A DNA stretch of 22,927 bases from a virus (taxonomy: Duplodnaviria; Heunggongvirae; Uroviricota; Caudoviricetes): positions 1 through 22,927 of the IMG/VR virus record IMGVR_UViG_3300049919_000418; one strand, given 5' to 3'. This document shows, one piece after another, positions 17,164 to 22,927 of this stretch; position 1 is the stretch's first letter, and every line of letters begins with the position of its first letter. The notes under the pieces were generated by a model, which did not search any database, had not been told where the DNA came from, and was given only the letters and a program-made list of their open reading frames with translations. The position numbers and the translations under genes were made by a program.

Positions 17164-18288
17164 ATGCCTAGACTTAGAACAATTTATAACAACGAAGCAC
17201 TTCTTGTTGGACCTTCTCCAGCTACGGGCGCACACACCACTTCAAACATTAAGAAGATTCACCGTGTTCAATCGGTTGGCAATTCTATTGAATATGCGCT
17301 TGAAAATATCAATGAACTTGGTAAAATGGCGGCTATTGACAGAATCAACTCCGATGGTTCCGACAGCAAACTTGACTTTTCTTACTATGTTACCGACTTC
17401 GAAAATGAAGCCAACCTTGGATTTACAATCTCCTCAACTACATCCGCTATCGGATCTATTGCGGATAGAACTCAGGACGACAAAAACTACTTCCGCGCCG
17501 TTGCTGGAGAAGGACTTGACGCTAACGGACTAGGCCCTGCGTCTGTCGCCGTTTTGGCCGTTGGTAATGGATTTATTGCTAGTTACGGTATCGAAGCTGC
17601 CGTTGGCAGTTTCCCTATGGCGACTCTAAGTGTTCAGGGACTAAACACCGCTTCTTATAGCACGGGAAGCGCCCAAAGGATTCCTGCGGTTGATCCTAGC
17701 ACAGCCCAAAAGGCTGTTGGCAACTTCACTCTTCCAACCATTCCGTTTTCTAGCGGACTTAAGCCAAGCGTTATTAGACCCGGCGATGTTAAGGTAACAT
17801 TCAGCAACGCAGGAGCAGGTCTTTTCCAAACGCTTGATACCAACCTAATTGTTCAAAAGGCTAGTTTCAACTTTGACTTTAACCTTGAAGCAATTAACAA
17901 ACTTGGCGCTCGCATGTCCATTTCCCGTGAAGTTCAATATCCAGTTGATATCGACATCAGCATTGAGGCCCTCATGGGTGACCTTACTGCGGCAACCGGC
18001 ATGGTTGACTTTATGTGTTCCGAACCTACAACGGACATCACATTTGACTTCTACAAGTCTGCTTGTGGAGTTGACGGTCCAACCGCAGTTGCTTCTGATA
18101 TCTTCGCTAAGTTCATCATCAAAAATGCTAAACTTACCTCTCAGGATCTTTCCGGATCTATTGGGCCAAGCAGCACGGTCACTATGAAATTCTTGTCCCA
18201 AATCGGCGCATCCAATGATACGGCAAACGGACTTTTCTTCAGTGGCGTTACTGGTTATTCGGGTGCCTCTACGCTGAAGTCTCTGTAA
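17164..18288 (+). CDS. Major tail tube protein
   Basis: 374 aa, Ser/Thr/Gly-rich beta sequence with RVQS and INELG segments; capsid-like codon bias; own terminator; upstream of chaperones and tape measure. Confidence 0.75.
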   Translation: MPRLRTIYNNEALLVGPSPATGAHTTSNIKKIHRVQSVGNSIEYALENINELGKMAAIDRINSDGSDSKLDFSYYVTDFENEANLGFTISSTTSAIGSIADRTQDDKNYFRAVAGEGLDANGLGPASVAVLAVGNGFIASYGIEAAVGSFPMATLSVQGLNTASYSTGSAQRIPAVDPSTAQKAVGNFTLPTIPFSSGLKPSVIRPGDVKVTFSNAGAGLFQTLDTNLIVQKASFNFDFNLEAINKLGARMSISREVQYPVDIDISIEALMGDLTAATGMVDFMCSEPTTDITFDFYKSACGVDGPTAVASDIFAKFIIKNAKLTSQDLSGSIGPSSTVTMKFLSQIGASNDTANGLFFSGVTGYSGASTLKSL

Positions 18289-18313
18289 ATACAAACAATA
18301 TAATTAAAATACT

Positions 18314-18340
18314 AAAGCCCCGGACCTCCGGGGCTTTTTT
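18314..18340 (+). terminator. Rho-independent terminator
   Basis: Stem AAAGCCCCGG/CCGGGGCTTT, 4-nt loop, T-run. Confidence 0.9.
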
Positions 18341-18394
18341 ATTGGGTGGGCGCGGCGATATTTAATTATTTTTTGTTCACTTTTATTTTTTAAT

Positions 18395-18400
18395 GTGTAA
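18395..18400 (+). promoter_or_regulatory. GTGTAA putative late promoter element
   Basis: Intergenic, after the terminator, 29 nt before ATG 18430. Confidence 0.65.
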
Positions 18401-18429
18401 CGTTAGTTAGGTTTAAGGTTTAAAACGTT

Positions 18430-18696
18430 ATGGAATACAAAGAAATTATCAGGCATTCTGCAAGGACGAAGCTAATTGAGCTTGCCAAATCATTTCTTGA
18501 TATTGTTGACGAATTAAAAAAAGAGGACATCTCAAAAGTGGACAAAATGCTTGCCATAGCCGAAGAAAACGGGCTTGGAGAGCAAACTAAACATTTGCGA
18601 CCCTTTCTATTTCTAATAGATGACAGTAAAAAGGAGATAATTAGGAAAAGAGTTTTAGATCTTACCAATGAATTGATTAGAGAATTGGAAAATTAA
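18430..18696 (+). CDS. Small helical hypothetical protein (88 aa)
   Basis: ORF fills the gap after the promoter element; charged helical sequence ending RKRVLDLTNELIRELE. Confidence 0.75.
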   Translation: MEYKEIIRHSARTKLIELAKSFLDIVDELKKEDISKVDKMLAIAEENGLGEQTKHLRPFLFLIDDSKKEIIRKRVLDLTNELIRELEN

Positions 18697-18710
18697 GGAA
18701 TAAGGAAAAT

Positions 18711-19394
18711 ATGCGAATTTTATATAAATTTACCCACAGATTAAAAGACGGAAAAGAAGCTATTTTGGCGCTTAGGAAACCAACTCGCTTGGAGCTTGAT
18801 GACAGTGACATGATGTTCTCAAAGTTTCAATCTGAATGCATTCAACGCGGCATTCTTACGAAGGAAATGCTTGTCAAAACAATTAAAAACTTTGGCGGCG
18901 TTTTGTCAAATAAGGAGGAAAAAGAATACTCCAAGATCTTTGGTAGCTTTGTTGAGGCGAAGCAAAAGCTTGATAAGGCTAAAAACAAAAAAGAGCGCGA
19001 AACCCTTCAAAAGGAAATCGACCTTTACTATAGCTCTTTACGGGATATCGAAATGGAACATGAACACCTTTTTGATCGCACTGCGGACGTTATCGCTCGG
19101 AATAAGACCATTATGCACCTTGCGCTGTTGATTGGAATGATTGACAAAAAAACCGACGAAAACGACGATCCCGTTTGGGAGCCGCTTTTCAAGGGTGATG
19201 AGTTCGAAGAGAGGTATGCTGATTTTTCCAACAAAGAGGAGGAAAATCCTGACGATACCAATAATATGCTTTCCCGCATAAGTCTTTTTACTACTTTTTG
19301 GTATTATGGCGACAAATCCATCAACGAGGAAAATTTCAAAGAATACGACGAGTTGACACGGGCGGATTTTTATGATCTTATCGCGCCTGAATGA
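18711..19394 (+). CDS. Putative tail assembly chaperone, paralog A
   Basis: Between tail tube and tape measure; LRKPT motif; AAGGA-type RBS. Confidence 0.6.
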   Translation: MRILYKFTHRLKDGKEAILALRKPTRLELDDSDMMFSKFQSECIQRGILTKEMLVKTIKNFGGVLSNKEEKEYSKIFGSFVEAKQKLDKAKNKKERETLQKEIDLYYSSLRDIEMEHEHLFDRTADVIARNKTIMHLALLIGMIDKKTDENDDPVWEPLFKGDEFEERYADFSNKEEENPDDTNNMLSRISLFTTFWYYGDKSINEENFKEYDELTRADFYDLIAPE

Positions 19395-20299
19395 ACCTAG
19401 GCTTGCTTAACGAGGTTAGGCTTGGCCGAACAAAATCTTCGAAGGGTTGGATAAGGCATCCGACCATAACAGACGAATCGTTTCTTCAGGAGCTTGATGA
19501 AAAGTTTCTCAAACTAGCTGTCAAAAGAAAAATACCTCTCGAAAGGGAGGCTCTTGCTGCCGCGAACAAAGCGGGAACTTGGACGGACGCGAACCAAAGG
19601 GATTTGGATTCTAGCGAAGCTTATTTAGCCAGACTTCAAGAAAGCTATGAGAAAATTATTGAGGCCCAAAAGAAATCAATTCTTGAAGCCCTTAATGAAG
19701 CGTCCATAAAGGTTAGAAACCTCCGCGACAAAAAAGATAAAGCTATCGGGAAAACGGCGGAAGACCGCGCCTCAAAGCTATCTATAGAGCGATATATTTT
19801 AAGTTTATTTTATCGTGATGAAAAATTATTAATCAGGTCTTGGGATGACGAGGGGGCTGAAATGTTAGAGCAATCCGCCGTTGACGCCGCCTTTAAAGAA
19901 TTTATGCTTTATCGCGCTAAAATTGGAGACGATAACCTGCGCGAACTGGCATGCTCAACTTTTTGCCAAAATCTTTACGCCGTTTCGGGCAATGGGTTTT
20001 ATTTTTATGGCCGGAGCATAGTGGACCTTACCTGCCTGCAACAAAGGTTTTTGCTTTTGATGGAGAATTATAAAAATATTATTTCAAATATAAGCGGCAA
20101 GGTTTCCAGTAAAACGTTGTCGGATTGGCGCGAACTTGATAAGTGGGCCGCTTCATCCGAAAACGGTCGCGAACAACTTGAAAAGGATTGGGGCTCGCCG
20201 CAGGGAACAGGAGCCCTTTCCAGAGAAAGCATCATGAAAGCCTCTATGCTTGAGAATCCAGAGGCAAGCGCGAAAGCTGTTCAAAAGTTGGTAAATTAA
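19391..20299 (+). CDS. Putative tail assembly chaperone, paralog B with C-terminal extension
   Basis: IRHPT motif; aligns with paralog A over about 135 aa; ATGA overlap; immediately before the tape measure gene. Confidence 0.6.
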   Translation: MNLGLLNEVRLGRTKSSKGWIRHPTITDESFLQELDEKFLKLAVKRKIPLEREALAAANKAGTWTDANQRDLDSSEAYLARLQESYEKIIEAQKKSILEALNEASIKVRNLRDKKDKAIGKTAEDRASKLSIERYILSLFYRDEKLLIRSWDDEGAEMLEQSAVDAAFKEFMLYRAKIGDDNLRELACSTFCQNLYAVSGNGFYFYGRSIVDLTCLQQRFLLLMENYKNIISNISGKVSSKTLSDWRELDKWAASSENGREQLEKDWGSPQGTGALSRESIMKASMLENPEASAKAVQKLVN

Positions 20300-20315
20300 T
20301 ATTTTTTTAATTTAA
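20299..20315 (+). repeat. 17-nt direct repeat copy 2 (ATATTTTTTTAATTTAA)
   Basis: Identical to 17097-17113. Confidence 0.7.
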
Positions 20316-20327
20316 TAGGATAAAAAA

Positions 20328-20333
20328 GTGTAA
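20328..20333 (+). promoter_or_regulatory. GTGTAA putative late promoter element
   Basis: Intergenic, 35 nt before tape measure ATG 20369; part of the palindrome GTGTA-A-TACAC. Confidence 0.65.
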
Positions 20334-20368
20334 TACACAGTAGGCAAAGGTTTTGCAAGGTAAGGTGT

Positions 20369-22927
20369 ATGTCAGAAACAGTTAAATTTCCATTAGATTT
20401 CGATTCGTCCCCGGCCTACGCCTCGGTTAACCGTTTGGCCAGCTATACCCAAAAGAAACTTGGGTCGATTAATGTTGGCGGCGGCACTGGATTCGCGAAA
20501 GCAAACCGTGAAGCTCGGGCGTTCAGCCAAACCCTTGAATTCGCGAACGACCGTATGGTTGCGTTTGCGGCAACCACATCCATTGTTTATGGAGTTGGCA
20601 AAGCGTTTTTATCCCTTTATCAGAACGCGTTAAAGGCCGAGCAGGCGTTGGCTAACATTCAGGTTAACGTCAAGGTTACCAACCAAGAAATGACCACATT
20701 AACGTCCGACCTTTTCAAGGCCGCGAACGCTACCGGAAATTCCTTTTACGTTGCGGCGGAAGCGGCAGCGGAATTTGGGCGTCAAGGTCTTAAAGTGGCG
20801 GATATTGCAAAAGCTACTTCTTCCGCGCTTGTTTTGACTCAGATTTCGGGCATGGATGTTGCGTCAAGTGTTAAAACTCTAACTGCGGCAATCAACACCT
20901 TCGGTAAAGACGCCATCGGCTACGAAGGTCTTGTCAATAAGATGGCCGCAGCCGACACCAACTTTGCGGTTAGCTCCAAAGACATTGCTGAAGCGATCAG
21001 TCGTGTTGGTTCCACCGCGAAAGACGCGGGCGTTAACCTTGACCAACTTATTGCGGCTGTTACCTCCGTTCAGCAAACAACGGCCCGTGGCGGACCTGCT
21101 ATCGGTAACGCCTTCAAAACCATTTTCACCAAGCTTCAAAGCGATGAAACTGCGGCGGCGCTTGAGAATGTTGGTATCGCGACAAAAGATTCTGAGGGGA
21201 ACTTTTTGAACGCAATTGACGTATTAAAAGATCTTGCACAGGGCTATGACAATCTAACCGATTCCCAACAAGCAAACGTTTCCAAAAAAATTGGTGGCGT
21301 TTACCAAATCAACATCGTTAAAGCCTTAATTGGTGATCTCGCCAAATCTACAAGTGCATACGGTCAAGCGCTTGGCATTGTTGGGAGGGCGCAAAACGAA
21401 GCGTTCATTAAAAGTGAATTTTTGGGCCGTACCTCTCTAAATAAAATTAATGAGGCTAAAAACGGATTCGTTCAGCTTGGCGCGGCAATTGGAAAACTTG
21501 GGGTAAACTCCTCTGTTGGGGATTTGGCATCCCAATTTGCCGATTTAACATCAAGCATTGGTGAAGCTTTAAACAAAGACCCAGAAACGGCAAGCGCTGG
21601 AGAAAAAATCGGACAGTCGGTTGTTAAAGGGGTTATCAACGCAATTAGCGGACCCGGACTAGCACTGCTCGCGGTTGGACTGGCCAAGCTTTCCACCTCT
21701 ATTTTTGGTCGCTTCACCAAAGACATTGGCGGAACCCTTTTGGGCAAAGGCCCCGAAAAAACCGTTTCAAAAATGGGGGGGATTATTGAGGAAAATAAAC
21801 AGCGCATTATTTCCATTCAAAACGAAAGGGTTTACAATGCTTCTTTGCTGCAAGGAAACACTGCTCTTCAACAAAGGCTTGCGCTGGTAGCTAAAATAGC
21901 TTCCTCTTCCATGGCTCAAGCTGCCGCTCCAATCATGGGAACCAACTCTGGAACAAGAATCGTTCCTAGAAAGGCGTTTGCGGGGGGTATGATCCCTGCG
22001 GTTAACCGTGAGGCCCGCGACATCAACAAAGGCGTTGGCGGGGCCGGTATGGGGGCAAAGCCTGCCATTAAGAAGATCCGCATGAGTCAGGGCGGAAGGC
22101 CCGAGAATGTTGTTGTCAATAGCCACGAAGTTATTGTTCGGGATTACCTTGGAACTGGCGCGGACGCCGTATTTAACAAAAACATGATCGCCCAAGCTGG
22201 CGGCATGGACAAGGTCAAAGAACTTGGAAAAATTGAAAAGGTTTCTGGAAGCGTAAACACCTTCGCAAGTGGTTTAAAGCCTAAAATTAATGCTTATAAG
22301 TCTGGCGGCGGAAGAGCATGGACAACAGAAAACGGGTCTTTCTTAAAAGTTTACAACCAAAAAGATAAAATTGATGTTGATTTAATTACAAGCGCCAAAA
22401 AGGGCGACGGGCGATTACTCTTTAATAGACTTCTTGACGTATCGAAGCGAATGAAAAAACCTATTCATTCGCAAACCTTGTTGAGTCAGAGAGCGGACTG
22501 GGGAAAAATGTCGGGCAAGAAAACAAATTTTGATAAATTAAAAGTTCTTTACCCACAATTAGCTTGGCGCGACCAAAAGGGAGTAAAAAATGAAATGATG
22601 TTCGGAGTTAGAGAAAAGGGCGGTCTTGACTCTGCTTGGCATAAGGACACCTCGTTAAGAACTGTTAAAAAGTATGTAAACAAACTTTCCCCTGACGAGT
22701 TCTCAAGAAAAAACTTTAACTTTTTAAATTTAAAAACAAGGAATAACTTTGCAGGCGGATACACTCCAAAGTCCGCTTCTTCCCGCATGCTCTCTGGACG
22801 CAACGGTTTCCAATCCGAATGGATCAAAAGCAAAGCTAAACAAAGCGGCCTACCTCTTTCCAAAAACGGTTTCCCTCAAAACCCGGAAGACGCACTAAAA
22901 ATGGCCGACTCTTTCCGGGGTCTTTAC
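20369..22927 (+). CDS. Tape measure protein, TP901-type (3' partial, 853 codons in window; not in ORF track)
   Basis: Manual translation MSETVKFPLDFD...AAEFGRQG...FAVSSKDIAEAISRVGSTAKDAGV...TARGGPAIGNAFKTIFTKL...LTDSQQANV...; Ala/Gly-rich PhageMin_Tail-like core; no stop codon found up to the window end. Confidence 0.93.
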   Translation, partial: MSETVKFPLDFDSSPAYASVNRLASYTQKKLGSINVGGGTGFAKANREARAFSQTLEFANDRMVAFAATTSIVYGVGKAFLSLYQNALKAEQALANIQVNVKVTNQEMTTLTSDLFKAANATGNSFYVAAEAAAEFGRQGLKVADIAKATSSALVLTQISGMDVASSVKTLTAAINTFGKDAIGYEGLVNKMAAADTNFAVSSKDIAEAISRVGSTAKDAGVNLDQLIAAVTSVQQTTARGGPAIGNAFKTIFTKLQSDETAAALENVGIATKDSEGNFLNAIDVLKDLAQGYDNLTDSQQANVSKKIGGVYQINIVKALIGDLAKSTSAYGQALGIVGRAQNEAFIKSEFLGRTSLNKINEAKNGFVQLGAAIGKLGVNSSVGDLASQFADLTSSIGEALNKDPETASAGEKIGQSVVKGVINAISGPGLALLAVGLAKLSTSIFGRFTKDIGGTLLGKGPEKTVSKMGGIIEENKQRIISIQNERVYNASLLQGNTALQQRLALVAKIASSSMAQAAAPIMGTNSGTRIVPRKAFAGGMIPAVNREARDINKGVGGAGMGAKPAIKKIRMSQGGRPENVVVNSHEVIVRDYLGTGADAVFNKNMIAQAGGMDKVKELGKIEKVSGSVNTFASGLKPKINAYKSGGGRAWTTENGSFLKVYNQKDKIDVDLITSAKKGDGRLLFNRLLDVSKRMKKPIHSQTLLSQRADWGKMSGKKTNFDKLKVLYPQLAWRDQKGVKNEMMFGVREKGGLDSAWHKDTSLRTVKKYVNKLSPDEFSRKNFNFLNLKTRNNFAGGYTPKSASSRMLSGRNGFQSEWIKSKAKQSGLPLSKNGFPQNPEDALKMADSFRGLY

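Larger units (their letters stand above)
1..22927 (+). mobile_element. Tailed phage lysis/packaging/virion morphogenesis region
   Basis: Co-oriented terminase-portal-protease-capsid-neck-tail tube-chaperone-tape measure synteny, plus endolysin and phoH. No host housekeeping genes or att site are visible, so free phage versus prophage cannot be decided. Confidence 0.97.

Noticed and set aside
19364-19375. G-GAT-TTT slippery-like site near the end of chaperone A
   Set aside because: The -1 frame hits TGA at 19373 and again at 19388, so it cannot reach the next ORF.
21775-21987. G7 (21775-21781) and G6 (21982-21987) runs in the tape measure gene as phase-variation tracts
   Set aside because: Short, explained by Gly-Gly codons, frame intact, and slippage would destroy an essential gene.
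644-22863. Minus-strand and alternate-frame ORFs in the track (e.g. 7702-8103, 10789-11208, 11687-12160, 17845-18294, 21767-22195)
   Set aside because: All are shadows of longer + strand genes with coherent phage functions; they show no motifs or independent expression signals.
20879-22863. Apparent gene-poor region at the 3' end of the ORF track
   Set aside because: Artefact: a single open frame from 20369 (tape measure) has no stop within the window and so was not reported.
1-22927. tRNA genes, CRISPR arrays, stop-codon reassignment, tail sheath gene
   Set aside because: None seen: intergenic gaps are short, there are no repeat-spacer arrays, genes are full length in the standard code, and no sheath-sized gene precedes the tail tube.

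Overview
The whole window is the late (lysis, packaging, virion) region of a large tailed dsDNA phage (Caudoviricetes; no sheath gene seen here, TP901-type tape measure, so siphovirus-like). All credible genes are on the + strand. Order: partial COG5526-type endolysin, membrane protein with a PAS-like domain, PhoH, two small unknowns, ECF-like sigma factor with a Cys-rich insert, tandem-HTH/coiled-coil protein, Zn-finger-ERCC4 nuclease, intein-containing large terminase, portal, prohead protease with a probable nested scaffold, capsid decoration protein, major capsid protein, free-standing LAGLIDADG endonuclease, HeH-like protein, four neck/tail-completion genes, tail tube, three tail-assembly genes, and a tape measure protein that runs off the window and is missing from the ORF track. 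Main observations: (1) the tape measure protein becomes modular, with FA[G/S]GxxP linkers flanking an AT-rich GNAT-like cassette, suggesting injected cargo; (2) a recurrent GTGTAA element sits just before gene starts, suggesting a phage-sigma late regulon with near-leaderless mRNAs; (3) a PAS-bearing holin-like gene shares a unit with phoH; (4) two paralogous tail chaperones cannot be joined by the usual G/GT frameshift; (5) paired AGG repeats occur at the starts of the tail-assembly genes. All family calls come from motif reading by eye; no searches were run.
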